From: Treponema sp.
GTDB taxonomy: Bacteria > Spirochaetota > Spirochaetia > Treponematales > Breznakiellaceae
Reading direction: 5' to 3'
Length of the DNA stretch: 64,000 nucleotides
Assembly (NCBI GenBank): GCA_031266875.1
Contig: JAISAE010000056.1
Coordinates: forward strand, 3,630 to 67,629
The position numbers were made by a program, and so were the translations under genes. The notes under the pieces were generated by a model. The model had not been told where the DNA came from, made no database searches, and saw only the letters and a list, made by a program, of their open reading frames with translations. Below, piece by piece: positions 11,039 through 20,970 of the stretch. The first letter of the stretch is position 1. Each line of letters starts with the position of its first letter.

Positions 11039-11402
11039 TTTCCTTTTCCACCTTTTTAATTTCGTCGATAACAACGCTAATGTGACACATTCGTTTCAAA
11101 AGCATATCCGCTCGTCCGCGAGCGCGAAACCATACCCGTTTCATACGCGCACTTTCGTCGATCAACACTTCCCTGACATACAGCATATCTTCCTCAAGCC
11201 GCCTATTTTGCACCAACGCATTAGAAGCCGCTGATTTCAGCGTTTTTCTGATAAGCCGAGCGCCCTTGTGAGGCATATTCTCAAGCATCGCCATAACCTC
11301 AGGATACGTTTTTGACCGTATCAGGTTCGCCACCGGCCTGAGCTTAAACGGGGATGCGATAAGGTACTTGCTCACCGCCCGATAACCACTTTTTGTCTTC
11401 AT
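11022..11402 (-). CDS. rplV: 50S ribosomal protein L22
   Basis: 126-aa ORF with L22-like sequence in the expected position. Confidence 0.92.
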   Translation of the reverse strand: MKTKSGYRAVSKYLIASPFKLRPVANLIRSKTYPEVMAMLENMPHKGARLIRKTLKSAASNALVQNRRLEEDMLYVREVLIDESARMKRVWFRARGRADMLLKRMCHISVVIDEIKKVEKESGTKS

Positions 11403-11414
11403 TCCCTTACCCCG

Positions 11415-11690
11415 TTATTTAGCCTTCTTGTCGGAACCCGCATGTCCCCGGAAAATCCGCGTAGGAGAAAACTCGCCGAGCTTGTGCCCCACCAGGTTTT
11501 CTGTGATATACACCGGAATCCAGCTCTTTCCATTATGAACAGAAATAGTTCCACCCACCATTTCAGGAATAATCGTCGAACACCGGGAATACGTTTTTAT
11601 CATCCTCCGTTCCCCACTCTTGCTCATGTCCAGCACTTTCTTATAAAGGCTCTTTTCTATAAAGGGGCCTTTTTTAACAGACCTTGACAT
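11415..11690 (-). CDS. rpsS: 30S ribosomal protein S19
   Basis: 91-aa ORF beginning [15 protein letters not shown].. Confidence 0.95.
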   Translation of the reverse strand: MSRSVKKGPFIEKSLYKKVLDMSKSGERRMIKTYSRCSTIIPEMVGGTISVHNGKSWIPVYITENLVGHKLGEFSPTRIFRGHAGSDKKAK

Positions 11691-11699
11691 TATGCACTC

Positions 11700-12530
11700 C
11701 TATTTCTTTTTACTACGACTCACGATAAACCGCGATGAAGGCTTATGCTTACTGCGGGTTTTATACCCTTTGGCCGGCTGACCCCACGGAGTAACAGGAT
11801 GGATACCCTTGTTTTTGCCCTCGCCTCCACCGTGCGGGTGATCTACCGGATTCATCACCATACCACGCACCGTAGGCCGTACTCCCAACCAGCGCTTACG
11901 TCCAGCCTTGCCCAGCTGGGTATTCATGTGGTCTTCGTTTCCCACAACGCCAATACTGGCAATACATTTCTTAAACACCATTCTCATCTCACCGGAAGGC
12001 AGTTTCAAAGTAACATAATCCCCTTCCTTAGCGACAAGCAACGCGCTTTCTCCAGCAGAACGAACCATCTGTCCGCCCTTTCCTAAAGCCAGCTCAACAT
12101 TATGAACCGCAAAACCCAATGGAATCTGTTCCAGCGGCAAGGCGTTGCCTGTTTCAATAGGAACCTCTGACCCGCTTAACACCCGCATGTTAACCACCAG
12201 ACCTTTTGGCGCGAGGATATAACGCTTTTCGCCATCAATATAATTCACCAGCGCGATATTAGCGCTCCGGTTAGGATCATATTCGATACTGACAACCTTC
12301 CCAGGAATCCCGATCTTATCCCGCCTGAAATCTATGTCACGGTAAAGCCGTTTATGTCCACCACCTTTATGCCGGACGCTGATGCGACCATTATTGTCAC
12401 GTCCTGCCCGTTCCTTTCGCCCGCTCGTCAGACTTTTTTCAGGCTGTGTATTCCGTGTTAAATCTGAAAAATCCAGACTTATTAGTTGCCGCATACCCGC
12501 TGTGATCGGCTTATATGTTTTAATCCCCAT
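11700..12530 (-). CDS. rplB: 50S ribosomal protein L2
   Basis: 276-aa ORF containing ..[16 protein letters not shown].. Confidence 0.95.
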   Translation of the reverse strand: MGIKTYKPITAGMRQLISLDFSDLTRNTQPEKSLTSGRKERAGRDNNGRISVRHKGGGHKRLYRDIDFRRDKIGIPGKVVSIEYDPNRSANIALVNYIDGEKRYILAPKGLVVNMRVLSGSEVPIETGNALPLEQIPLGFAVHNVELALGKGGQMVRSAGESALLVAKEGDYVTLKLPSGEMRMVFKKCIASIGVVGNEDHMNTQLGKAGRKRWLGVRPTVRGMVMNPVDHPHGGGEGKNKGIHPVTPWGQPAKGYKTRSKHKPSSRFIVSRSKKK

Positions 12531-12541
12531 ACAACGTTCCC

Positions 12542-12829
12542 TTATACACCTTCAAATATACCTATTTTTTCATTTTTTGGCAGACGAACTATCGCCTTTT
12601 TCCAAGTCGCGGTATACCCCAACCGATAGCGTTGACGCTTGGGCTTACCACTTACCACCATCACCGTACAAGAAATCGGATGCACCTTAAACAGCTTCCA
12701 CACCGCTTCCTTTATCTGTATCTTTGTCGCGGAAAGCTCAACACGAAACACATACTTCCCTTCCTCCCGCATAATATTCGCTTTTTCCGAAAGCACCGGT
12801 TCAATCAATACTTGTTCCAACGCTACCAT
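12542..12829 (-). CDS. rplW: 50S ribosomal protein L23
   Basis: 95-aa ORF with L23-like sequence, between rplD and rplB. Confidence 0.9.
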   Translation of the reverse strand: MVALEQVLIEPVLSEKANIMREEGKYVFRVELSATKIQIKEAVWKLFKVHPISCTVMVVSGKPKRQRYRLGYTATWKKAIVRLPKNEKIGIFEGV

Positions 12830-13519
12830 TTACTCATCCTCACTCTTAACACCATAAAAAGCGTTCAGACTTTTCACCGCTGTTTCGGTCAGAATAACCC
12901 GCCGCCCATAAAACAACTCGTGCGCGGAAAGTCGGTCATACCCCAGAAAACTGAGCCACGGGATATTCGCACCGCTACGCCGCACCAGTGTTGATGTCGC
13001 TTTCAGCACCACATTCTCGGTGTCGTCCGGCAATTTCGACGGCTCATGGTCCTTAAATATAAGCACCGTACGCTGCTGTTCACCGAAATTCTTGAGTATT
13101 TTCACTATATCCTTAGTTTTACCCGAATCTACTGAAAAATCTTCAACGATTTTTATCATATCGTTCTGAGCTTTCAGACTCAGTATCGTTTTCAACGCCA
13201 GCCGCTTTACCTTTCTTGGTATCGAATAGGAAAAATCCCTCGGCTTGGGGCCGAATACCGTCCCACCACCAACCAGCACCGGCGATTTCTTGTCGCCACG
13301 CCGCGCCCGGCCCGTACCCTTCTGCTTATACGGCTTGGCGTTAGACCCATGGATTTCTCCACGGTCTTTAGTACTTGCCGTCCCCAATCGCCGATTGGCA
13401 AGCTCGTTATTTATCGCGTCCCAGATGACCGCCTCGTTTTGTGGAAGACCGAATACCGTATCGTCCAATTCGATATCACGAAGCTCTTTGTTGTCAATGG
13501 AATATACTTTCTGCTTCAT
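12830..13519 (-). CDS. rplD: 50S ribosomal protein L4
   Basis: L4 sequence. I prefer the ATG at 13519 (MKQKVYSI..). The track start at 13531 is a TTG. Confidence 0.9.
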   Translation of the reverse strand: MKQKVYSIDNKELRDIELDDTVFGLPQNEAVIWDAINNELANRRLGTASTKDRGEIHGSNAKPYKQKGTGRARRGDKKSPVLVGGGTVFGPKPRDFSYSIPRKVKRLALKTILSLKAQNDMIKIVEDFSVDSGKTKDIVKILKNFGEQQRTVLIFKDHEPSKLPDDTENVVLKATSTLVRRSGANIPWLSFLGYDRLSAHELFYGRRVILTETAVKSLNAFYGVKSEDE

Positions 13520-13531
13520 CACATCCCCCAA

Positions 13532-14155
13532 TTACGATTTCTTAACCGCAGCCCTGACAACCACAAGCCCTTTGTTTATGCCCGGAACAGCCCCATGAAC
13601 CATGAGAAGCTGTTTCTCCGTGTCAACACGGACAATCCTGAGACTCAAAACCGTTACCCGCTCATGCCCCATACGTCCAGGCAGTTTCACGTTTTTGAAC
13701 GTACGTCCCGGATAGGTTGACTGTCCCGTAGAACCAGGCTCGCGATGGAATTTAGAACCGTGGGTATGACGGCCACCGGCAAAGCCCCATCGCTTCACAA
13801 CACCCTGAAACCCCTTGCCTTTGGAAACACCAATCACGTCAACATAGCGAATCCTATCAAACACCTCCACACCCAGAAAATCACCAACCACGACTTCTTT
13901 TTCAAAATTACGAAATTCTTTCAGATATTTCTTTGGCGCAATATTTTGTGGAAATTGCCCCACGTAAGGTTTTGTAACAAGATTTTTTTTCTTGTCGTCA
14001 ACGCCAAGAACTACAGCGGTATAGCCATCTTTTCTTTCATTCTTCTGAGCAACCACCACATTCGGATCAATCCGCAACACCGTTACCGGCAAGACATTAC
14101 CCACTTCATCAAAAACCTGCGTCATACCAATTTTCTTAGCCATCAGTCCCAACAT
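13532..14155 (-). CDS. rplC: 50S ribosomal protein L3
   Basis: 207-aa ORF beginning MLGLMAKKIGMTQVFDE.. Confidence 0.95.
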   Translation of the reverse strand: MLGLMAKKIGMTQVFDEVGNVLPVTVLRIDPNVVVAQKNERKDGYTAVVLGVDDKKKNLVTKPYVGQFPQNIAPKKYLKEFRNFEKEVVVGDFLGVEVFDRIRYVDVIGVSKGKGFQGVVKRWGFAGGRHTHGSKFHREPGSTGQSTYPGRTFKNVKLPGRMGHERVTVLSLRIVRVDTEKQLLMVHGAVPGINKGLVVVRAAVKKS

Positions 14156-14174
14156 ATTTTCTCCAAACCGCCTA

Positions 14175-14483
14175 TCATTGTTTTATCTCAACGTCAACGC
14201 CAGCGGGAAGCTCCAGCTTCATAAGCGAATCCATCACTTCGGGTGAAGGATTGATAATATCAATCAAACGTTTATGAGTCCGCATCTCAAACTGCTCACG
14301 CGCCTTTTTGTTTACATGAGGTGAACGAAGCACCGTTATCTTATTGATACGAGTCGGAAGTGGAATCGGACCAGTTACTTTCGCTCCTGACTTCTGCACC
14401 GTCTGTACAATAGATTTTGCACTCTGATCAATCAACTCAACATCGAAACCGCGTAATCGTACGCGAATTCGTTCCTTAGCCAT
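14175..14483 (-). CDS. rpsJ: 30S ribosomal protein S10
   Basis: 102-aa ORF beginning [14 protein letters not shown].. Confidence 0.95.
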   Translation of the reverse strand: MAKERIRVRLRGFDVELIDQSAKSIVQTVQKSGAKVTGPIPLPTRINKITVLRSPHVNKKAREQFEMRTHKRLIDIINPSPEVMDSLMKLELPAGVDVEIKQ

Positions 14484-14490
14484 TATTCCT

Positions 14491-14527
14491 CCAAAAAGGC
14501 GTATACCGATAAATCAGTATACGCCTT
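14491..14527 (-). terminator. Perfect 11-bp stem-loop plus T-run between the tuf stop and the rpsJ ribosome-binding site; an intrinsic terminator or attenuator
   Basis: aaggcgtatac (14496-14506) pairs with gtatacgcctt (14517-14527) around a 10-nt loop. On the transcribed minus strand the stem is followed by TTTTT, then GGAGG, then the rpsJ ATG at 14483. Confidence 0.5.
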
Positions 14528-14539
14528 CCCCTTAGCGTT

Positions 14540-15739
14540 TTACTGTATAATCTCCACAACCTGCCCGGACGCAACCGTTTTGCCCCCCTCGCGAATAGCA
14601 AAGCGAAGTGTCTTTTCCATAGCAATCGGGTGAATAAGCTCGCCGATGATCTCGGTATTATCCCCCGGCATAATCATCTCCTTTCCTTCAGGAAGCGTTA
14701 CCGTTCCCGTAATATCGGTCGTGCGGAAATAGAACTGAGGCCGATAACCGGTGAAGAACGGACTATGGCGTCCACCTTCTTCCTTGGAAAGGCAATAAAT
14801 CTGCCCCTTGAACTTACTGTGCGGGGTAATCGAACCCGGCTTGGCAAGCACCTGTCCGCGTTCAACCTCTTTCTTATCGATACCCCGCAGAAGTGCGCCG
14901 ATGTTATCGCCAGCCCGCCCTTCTTCCAACAACTTGTTAAACATCTCAATGCCGGTAATCGTGGTTTTCCTGGTCGGCTTGATGCCAACGATTTCCACTT
15001 CCTCGTTCAGCTTGACCACACCTCGCTCAACCTTGCCCGTTACCACTGTACCACGGCCAGAGATCGTAAACACGTCCTCAATTGGCATAAGGAATGGCTT
15101 ATCGGCATCACGTACCGGATCAGGGAAATAAGAATCCATCGCGTCAAGCAGTTCTTGAATACACTTGGAGTTCTCGGTCTCCTGCCCCTCGTTCAGCTCC
15201 TCCATAGCCTTAAACGCAGACCCCTTGACAATGGGAATCTCGTCACCGGGAAAGCCGTTAGCCGTGAGCACATCTTTGATTTCTTCCTCGACAAGCTCAA
15301 TGAGCTCTGGATCATCAACAAGATCAATCTTATTGAGAAACACGATGATATTCGGAACCCCCACCTGACGGGCGAGAATGATATGTTCCCGCGTTTGGGG
15401 CATAACCGAATCTGGCGCGGAAACAACCAACACCGCACCATCCATCTGAGCCGCGCCAGTAATCATGTTCTTGATGTAGTCGGCATGTCCAGGGCAATCT
15501 ATGTGGGCATAGTGCCGCTTCTCAGACTGATACTCAAGGTGCCGCGTGTTAATGGTAATACCACGCGCTTTTTCTTCCGGCGCGTTATCAATATCATCAA
15601 ATTTCATTACCTTATCGCCGTACTTTTTGCCACAATACATAGTAATCGCGGCAGAAAGCGTCGTCTTGCCGTGGTCCACATGGCCGATGGTTCCCACATT
15701 CATGTGGATTTTACTTCGATTAAATTTGTCCTTCGCCAT
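14540..15739 (-). CDS. tuf: Elongation factor Tu
   Basis: [27 protein letters not shown].. starts at the ATG at 15739, with GGAGG upstream. The ORF extension to 15847 is non-homologous. Confidence 0.97.
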   Translation of the reverse strand: MAKDKFNRSKIHMNVGTIGHVDHGKTTLSAAITMYCGKKYGDKVMKFDDIDNAPEEKARGITINTRHLEYQSEKRHYAHIDCPGHADYIKNMITGAAQMDGAVLVVSAPDSVMPQTREHIILARQVGVPNIIVFLNKIDLVDDPELIELVEEEIKDVLTANGFPGDEIPIVKGSAFKAMEELNEGQETENSKCIQELLDAMDSYFPDPVRDADKPFLMPIEDVFTISGRGTVVTGKVERGVVKLNEEVEIVGIKPTRKTTITGIEMFNKLLEEGRAGDNIGALLRGIDKKEVERGQVLAKPGSITPHSKFKGQIYCLSKEEGGRHSPFFTGYRPQFYFRTTDITGTVTLPEGKEMIMPGDNTEIIGELIHPIAMEKTLRFAIREGGKTVASGQVVEIIQ

Positions 15740-15771
15740 TCTCTCCTCCTTAACATTTACCAAGTTTCGAG

Positions 15772-15800
15772 AGTATACACTAACGCTCACAGAAGCGCAA
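15772..15800 (-). promoter_or_regulatory. Candidate sigma70-type promoter for tuf
   Basis: On the minus strand, TTGCGC (15795-15800) is followed by 17 nt and then TATACT (15772-15777). This lies about 35 nt upstream of the tuf start and downstream of a weak hairpin plus T-run at about 15818-15837. Confidence 0.35.
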
Positions 15801-16040
15801 GACACTCCCTCTAAAATAAACCGCTTTTCGCGGATTTTATATAACATTATAAAAGAAATAGTAAAAAACGAGCAGAAAATGAAGATAAATCTATCTATCC
15901 CGCTCCACCTATCTCATTTCTATCAAATTTACCAAAATGTATTTTACCATTCTCGTAAATTTTATAATGATCGGTTTGGATAACCGAGACCTCCACGCCA
16001 GAACATACCCTAAATTCTTAGGCGCGTCAATCCTTAGCAA

Positions 16041-16511
16041 TTACCAGCGATAATGTGCGAAAGCCTTGTTTGCCTCCGCCATCTTATGGGTGTCTTCTTT
16101 CTTCTTGAACGCGGTACCCGTATTGTTATAGGCATCAAGAAGTTCCGCCGCAAGACGATCTCCCATACCATGACCAGAACGTACACGTGCGGCATTAATA
16201 ATCCACCGCATACCCAGCGATTCACGCCGTGATTCCCGGATTCCCATTGGTACCTGATACGTCGCACCACCAACCCTTCGTGATTTCACCTCAATCATCG
16301 GTTTCACATTATCTATGGCTTTTAAAAAAACTTCAAGAGGTTCTTTCTCAACTTTTGTACGAAGCACACCCAGCGCGTCATGTACAATCCTAAGCCCTAT
16401 CGAGCGCTTACCAGCCCACATCATACGATTCACAAATTTGGAGATCACAACACTGTTGTATTTAGAATCCGGAACAATACCCCGATCCACAGTCTTTTTC
16501 TTTCTTCCCAT
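16041..16511 (-). CDS. rpsG: 30S ribosomal protein S7
   Basis: 156-aa ORF with typical S7 sequence. Confidence 0.95.
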   Translation of the reverse strand: MGRKKKTVDRGIVPDSKYNSVVISKFVNRMMWAGKRSIGLRIVHDALGVLRTKVEKEPLEVFLKAIDNVKPMIEVKSRRVGGATYQVPMGIRESRRESLGMRWIINAARVRSGHGMGDRLAAELLDAYNNTGTAFKKKEDTHKMAEANKAFAHYRW

Positions 16512-16523
16512 ACTATCTCTACC

Positions 16524-16898
16524 TTATGCCTTTGGCCGTTTGACGCCATACTTTGACCGGCCACGCTTTCGACTTTCCACACCCAAGGTATCTTTCGCAC
16601 CTCGAATAATGTGATAACGCACACCGGGGAGGTCTTTTACACGGCCACCACGAACTAGAACCACCGAATGTTCCTGCAAGTTATGTCCAATACCCGGAAT
16701 ATACGCCGTAACTTCCGTTCCATGAGAAAGACGCACACGAGCGATCTTCCGCAACGCCGAGTTCGGCTTCTTAGGCGTCATCGTCATCACGCGGGTACAA
16801 GTTCCGCGTTTCTGAGGACAGGATTGAAGAGCCGGAGACTTTGTCTTGGCCGTAATCTGTTGCCGTCCAAAACGAACCAATTGATTGATAGTAGGCAT
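16524..16898 (-). CDS. rpsL: 30S ribosomal protein S12
   Basis: [13 protein letters not shown].. starts at the ATG at 16898. Confidence 0.95.
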   Translation of the reverse strand: MPTINQLVRFGRQQITAKTKSPALQSCPQKRGTCTRVMTMTPKKPNSALRKIARVRLSHGTEVTAYIPGIGHNLQEHSVVLVRGGRVKDLPGVRYHIIRGAKDTLGVESRKRGRSKYGVKRPKA

Positions 16899-16955
16899 GA
16901 ACCAAAAACTCCCTTTTATAAATGCTTGCTTCACCGTAAGGCCACAAGTAATAAT

Positions 16956-16984
16956 ACCTTATCTGAAAGATAAAAAAAGGTCAA
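16956..16984 (-). promoter_or_regulatory. Candidate promoter for rpsL-rpsG
   Basis: On the minus strand, TTGACC (16979-16984) is followed by 17 nt and then TAAGGT (16956-16961), in an AT-rich spacer upstream of rpsL. Confidence 0.25.
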
Positions 16985-17023
16985 TAGGGTTATAAAAAAT
17001 TCTTGCTTTTTTACACGAATTTT

Positions 17024-17842
17024 TTACCCCAGCTCCTTTGCCCGCCGGAATGTCGCTTCCACCGCGTTCATCACGACGCCACGAAACGCGCCATTCTCCA
17101 GCGCCGCGATACCAGCTATGGTGGTGCCCGCCGGTGAACTTACCATGTCTTTGAGTTCTCCCGGATGCTTCCTTGTTTCCAGCATCATCGCGGCAGAACC
17201 CGCAACCGTTTTGCCAGCATAGCACAAGGCCCTGTCCCGTGGCAAGCCCGCCCGAACAGCGCCGTCGGCAAGCGCCTCAATGAACATGCAGACAAAGGCC
17301 GGTCCTGATCCCGAAAGTGCGGTTACCGCGTCAAGGTAGCCTTCGCTAAGGCGATCCACCATGCCCGCGCCAGCCAGTATGATCTCCAGCTCAGCGAGCG
17401 TTTCTTCGGCGACATTTTCCGCCGCGAGCGCGATCACTCCCTGACCGATGAGCGCGGGCGTGTTGGGCATAATCCGCACGATGGGCTGACCCACAGTATC
17501 AAACAGTGCGGCGCGTAACTTTCCAATAGACCAGCCTGCGGCCATTGAAACAAGCGTTACCGGCAAACGCGCCGTCAGGCGCTGCTCCACAAGCGGCGCA
17601 AGCTCTACGAGTATGCTTACCATAACCTGCGGCTTCACGGCCAGAAAGACAAAGTCCGCGTCTGCCGCTGCCTCGCTGTTTGAGGCATACACCTTCGCGC
17701 CAAGCTGCCTCGCCACCATCTCCGCCTTACCGCGCTCCACATCACTGAACCCAATGTTCGCGCCGCCCACAACCTTCGCGGCAACCTTCATCAGAGCCGT
17801 ACCCATATTCCCACTGCCTATGCAGGCTATCGTTTTTTGCAT
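17024..17842 (-). CDS. proC: Pyrroline-5-carboxylate reductase
   Basis: MQKTIACIGSGNMGTAL.. starts at the ATG at 17842. ProC motifs are present (..IMPNTPALIGQG.., ..SSPAGTTIAG..). Confidence 0.93.
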   Translation of the reverse strand: MQKTIACIGSGNMGTALMKVAAKVVGGANIGFSDVERGKAEMVARQLGAKVYASNSEAAADADFVFLAVKPQVMVSILVELAPLVEQRLTARLPVTLVSMAAGWSIGKLRAALFDTVGQPIVRIMPNTPALIGQGVIALAAENVAEETLAELEIILAGAGMVDRLSEGYLDAVTALSGSGPAFVCMFIEALADGAVRAGLPRDRALCYAGKTVAGSAAMMLETRKHPGELKDMVSSPAGTTIAGIAALENGAFRGVVMNAVEATFRRAKELG

Positions 17843-17924
17843 GGCATAAGTTTCTTCTATTATATAGGCCAATGTCAACAAGCTAAAAAAACATTAGACA
17901 CATCAAAGCCTGCCTTTTGTATCC

Positions 17925-17952
17925 TTGACTTTTCCCTTCAATCTGCTATCAT
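17925..17952 (+). promoter_or_regulatory. Candidate promoter of the fab operon
   Basis: TTGACT (17925-17930) is followed by 16 nt and then TATCAT (17947-17952), about 60 nt upstream of fabD. Confidence 0.35.
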
Positions 17953-17961
17953 TACTCTGTT

Positions 17962-17988
17962 TATGACAAATTATCATATTTTGTCATA
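17962..17988. promoter_or_regulatory. Perfect 9-bp inverted repeat (tatgacaaa N9 tttgtcata); a putative operator
   Basis: The arms are at 17962-17970 and 17980-17988. The repeat lies between the candidate -10 box and the fabD start. Confidence 0.35.
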
Positions 17989-18009
17989 GAAAATCGATAA
18001 GGTAGACTT

Positions 18010-18960
18010 ATGACGTATCAACACATTGTTTTTTTGTTCCCAGGACAGGGGGCACAGTATCAGGGCATGGGTATAGACCTGTTGGCAGCATCACCGGCGG
18101 TAGGGGCGTTGTTCGCGCTGGCATCGGACATTGTTGGCAGAGATATGCGGACGCTTTTGGCTGAGGCTGATGAGATGACGCTGAAACGTACCGATATTTC
18201 CCAGCCCACGATTACGCTGGTGAATCTTGCCGCATCCACTGTGCTTGCCGAGCGCGGCGTAACGCCAGCGGCGACTGCAGGCTTCAGTCTCGGCGAATAC
18301 GCGGCACTGGCGACTGCGGGCGTGATCAGTGCCGAAGACTGCTTCCGGCTGGTGAAGACGCGGGGGGAAACCATGCAGGCAGCATCAGACGCGCTCATGC
18401 TTGGACAGAATCCGCCCGGCATGGCGGCGGTGATTGGGCTTGCGCCGGAACGGGTCGAGACGCTAATCGCCGAGTGGCAGATAAAAGACCTGTTTATCGC
18501 CAACATCAATTCACCGAAGCAAGTGGCGGTGTCAGGCACAGCGGAGGCCCTGGCGCTTGCTGAGTCGCGCTTCAAGGAAGCCGGTGCGCGGCGGGTCTTA
18601 CGGCTGGCCGTTGCCGGGCCGTTTCATTCGCCGCTCATGGCGCACGCGGCAGAACAGTTCCAGCCCTCGCTCGAAGCAGTCGTGTTTAATGATCCCTCGC
18701 TTCCACTCTACTCCAATGTGTCTGGAACACGGGTCAGTAGCGGAGCGGAGGCAAAGGCGCTGGCGTTACGGCAGATAAGTCAGCCGGTGCGCTGGACTGA
18801 CGAGGAAGCCGCTATTGGCACGGCGGGCGTTGATGCGGCAGTAGAAGCTGGTCCGGGTAAGGTTCTTCAAGGGTTGTGGCGGGATGCAGGTGTCAACGCC
18901 CCATGCTTTGGGGTAGGGACGCTCGCTGACATCAATAAGTTTCAAAGTGAACATTCTTAA
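18010..18960 (+). CDS. fabD: Malonyl-CoA:ACP transacylase
   Basis: 316-aa ORF with ..FLFPGQGAQYQGMG.. and ..GFSLGEYAALA.. Confidence 0.95.
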   Translation: MTYQHIVFLFPGQGAQYQGMGIDLLAASPAVGALFALASDIVGRDMRTLLAEADEMTLKRTDISQPTITLVNLAASTVLAERGVTPAATAGFSLGEYAALATAGVISAEDCFRLVKTRGETMQAASDALMLGQNPPGMAAVIGLAPERVETLIAEWQIKDLFIANINSPKQVAVSGTAEALALAESRFKEAGARRVLRLAVAGPFHSPLMAHAAEQFQPSLEAVVFNDPSLPLYSNVSGTRVSSGAEAKALALRQISQPVRWTDEEAAIGTAGVDAAVEAGPGKVLQGLWRDAGVNAPCFGVGTLADINKFQSEHS

Positions 18961-18976
18961 CACTGGGAGGAAAAAA

Positions 18977-19711
18977 ATGCGCTTGGAGAACAAGAAGGCG
19001 CTCGTTACTGGAGCGTCACGGGGCATCGGCAGGGCTATCGCCGACAAATTTATCGCCGAGGGCGCCAATGTTTGGGGTGTCAGTACCCGGCCGCCCGAAG
19101 ATATAGCGGCACGAATAGCAGCGGCAAACGGTAAACTGCGCTGGATCAGCGCCGACTTAGGCGCACTTGCCAGCATTGAGGCTATGGTGGAGGCGGCAAC
19201 CAAGGAGGCCGAAGGCTTTGACATCGTGGTTAACAACGCCGGTATCACGCGGGACAATCTCGCGTTCCGTATGAGCCTCGAAGACTGGCAAAAGGTGCTG
19301 GACGTGAACCTAAGTGCCGCGTTTCTGATAGCGCGTACCGTTGGTAGGGATATGATTCGTCGTCGTGCTGGCGTCATCATCAACATGGCAAGCGTCGTGG
19401 GTATACACGGCAATGGCGGGCAGGCAAACTACGCGGCAAGTAAGGCTGGGCTGATCGGGCTGACAAAGAGCCTTGCATTGGAGGTAGCAAGCCGCGGCGT
19501 CCGCGTGAACGCTATCGCGCCCGGTTTCGTGGTCTCGGACATGACCAACGCGATGAGCGATGCCGCTAAGACCACTATACTCGACCATATCCCCCTCAAA
19601 CGGCTCGGTACGCCCGACGACATCGCCGAAACCGCGCTCTTTCTGGCGTCCGACAGCGCCGCTTATATCACCGGACAGGTTTTGTCCGTAGACGGAGGTA
19701 TGTTTTTATGA
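18977..19711 (+). CDS. fabG: 3-oxoacyl-ACP reductase (short-chain dehydrogenase family)
   Basis: ATG at 18977 preceded by GGGAGG. Sequence includes ..KKALVTGASRGIG.. and ..NYAASKAG.. Confidence 0.9.
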   Translation: MRLENKKALVTGASRGIGRAIADKFIAEGANVWGVSTRPPEDIAARIAAANGKLRWISADLGALASIEAMVEAATKEAEGFDIVVNNAGITRDNLAFRMSLEDWQKVLDVNLSAAFLIARTVGRDMIRRRAGVIINMASVVGIHGNGGQANYAASKAGLIGLTKSLALEVASRGVRVNAIAPGFVVSDMTNAMSDAAKTTILDHIPLKRLGTPDDIAETALFLASDSAAYITGQVLSVDGGMFL

Positions 19712-20970
19712 AAAAGAAGGTTGTTATTACTGGTATGGGGGTGATTTCACCAATAGGTAACTCTCTGGAGGCGTTTAACAACGCCCTTAAAGCTGGGAAA
19801 AGCGGCGTCGCTCCTATTACCCAGTTCAATACCACTGGTTTCGATGTTACTATCGCTGGCGAAGCGCGTGATTTCGACCCTACACTCTGGATTGACAAGA
19901 AAGAGGCGCGGAAAATGGCGCGTTTCACGCAGTTCGCGGTAGCAGCGGCGGCGCAGGCGCTCTCGCAGGCGGGTCTACTCACCGGCACCGGCGACGCCCA
20001 ACGTATCGCCTGTGATCCGCTGAGAACCGGCGTTGTGCTGGGTAACGGCATCGGCGGTTTCGAGATCGTTACTGAATCCTTCCATAAACTATTCGATAAC
20101 GGCCCCAAGCGTATGCTGCCGCTGACCGTACCCTTGATGATTAACAATGAGGCAGCCGGCAACGTTTCGATAGTTTACGGAATATGCGGGCCGTCCTTAA
20201 CCCAGGTAACCGCCTGCGCGTCTGGCACCGACGCCCTGGGACAGGCGTTTGACCTGATTCGAGCCGGACGCTGTGATGTCGTCGTTAGCGGCGGAACTGA
20301 GGCATGTATTGTCCCGTTTGCAATAGGAGGCTTTCAAATGCTCAAGGCATTGTCAACCAAGCGCTGTAACGATCCGGCTAAGGCGTCGCGTCCATTTGAC
20401 ACTGACCGCGATGGCTTTGTGCTCGGCGAAGGCGCAGGCGTACTGGTGCTGGAAAGCGAGGAACACGCAAAGGCGCGTAACGCCACGATTATCGCCGAAT
20501 TCGCTGGTTACGCCGCCACTAATGATGCCTACCACATTACATCGCCAGAGCTGTCAGGTGAAAGTGGTGGTAAAACCATGCAGTTGGCGCTTGCGGACGC
20601 GGATTTGCCGCCCGAAGCCGTGCAGTATTACAACGCACACGGCACTTCCACCGAGATAAATGACCGTACCGAGACCAAGATGCTGAAGTATGCCTTTGGC
20701 GACCATGCCTATAAGCTCAAAGTCTCCAGTATCAAGAGCATGACCGGTCATTGTGTCGCGGGGAGCGGCGGGCTTGAAGCCATTGCCTGCATACTGGCAA
20801 TTCGTGACGGCTTTTTCCCGCCGACGATCAATCTTGATAACCCTGATCCAGACTGCGACCTCGACTACGTGCCGAATGTCGCGCAGTACGGCGCGATTGA
20901 CGTAGCCATGTCCGGCTCATTCGGCTTTGGCGGCCATAATGGTGTCGTCATCTTCCAGCGCTATCAGTAG
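19708..20970 (+). CDS. fabF: 3-oxoacyl-ACP synthase II
   Basis: 420-aa ORF of the KAS II type (..ACASGTDALG.., ..HGTSTEINDRTE.., ..SFGFGGHNG..). Its start overlaps the fabG stop as ATGA. Confidence 0.93.
   Translation: MKKKVVITGMGVISPIGNSLEAFNNALKAGKSGVAPITQFNTTGFDVTIAGEARDFDPTLWIDKKEARKMARFTQFAVAAAAQALSQAGLLTGTGDAQRIACDPLRTGVVLGNGIGGFEIVTESFHKLFDNGPKRMLPLTVPLMINNEAAGNVSIVYGICGPSLTQVTACASGTDALGQAFDLIRAGRCDVVVSGGTEACIVPFAIGGFQMLKALSTKRCNDPAKASRPFDTDRDGFVLGEGAGVLVLESEEHAKARNATIIAEFAGYAATNDAYHITSPELSGESGGKTMQLALADADLPPEAVQYYNAHGTSTEINDRTETKMLKYAFGDHAYKLKVSSIKSMTGHCVAGSGGLEAIACILAIRDGFFPPTINLDNPDPDCDLDYVPNVAQYGAIDVAMSGSFGFGGHNGVVIFQRYQ

Noticed and set aside
14630-15814. A 394-aa ORF antisense to tuf.
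   Set aside because: It lies fully inside, and opposite to, an unmistakable EF-Tu gene. The product is low-complexity with no recognisable family.
18060-20162. The minus-strand ORFs at 18060-18575, 18766-19413 and 19668-20162, overlapping fabD, fabG and fabF.
   Set aside because: They are antisense to well-supported fab genes and give Ala/Ser/Arg-rich products typical of GC-rich antisense frames.
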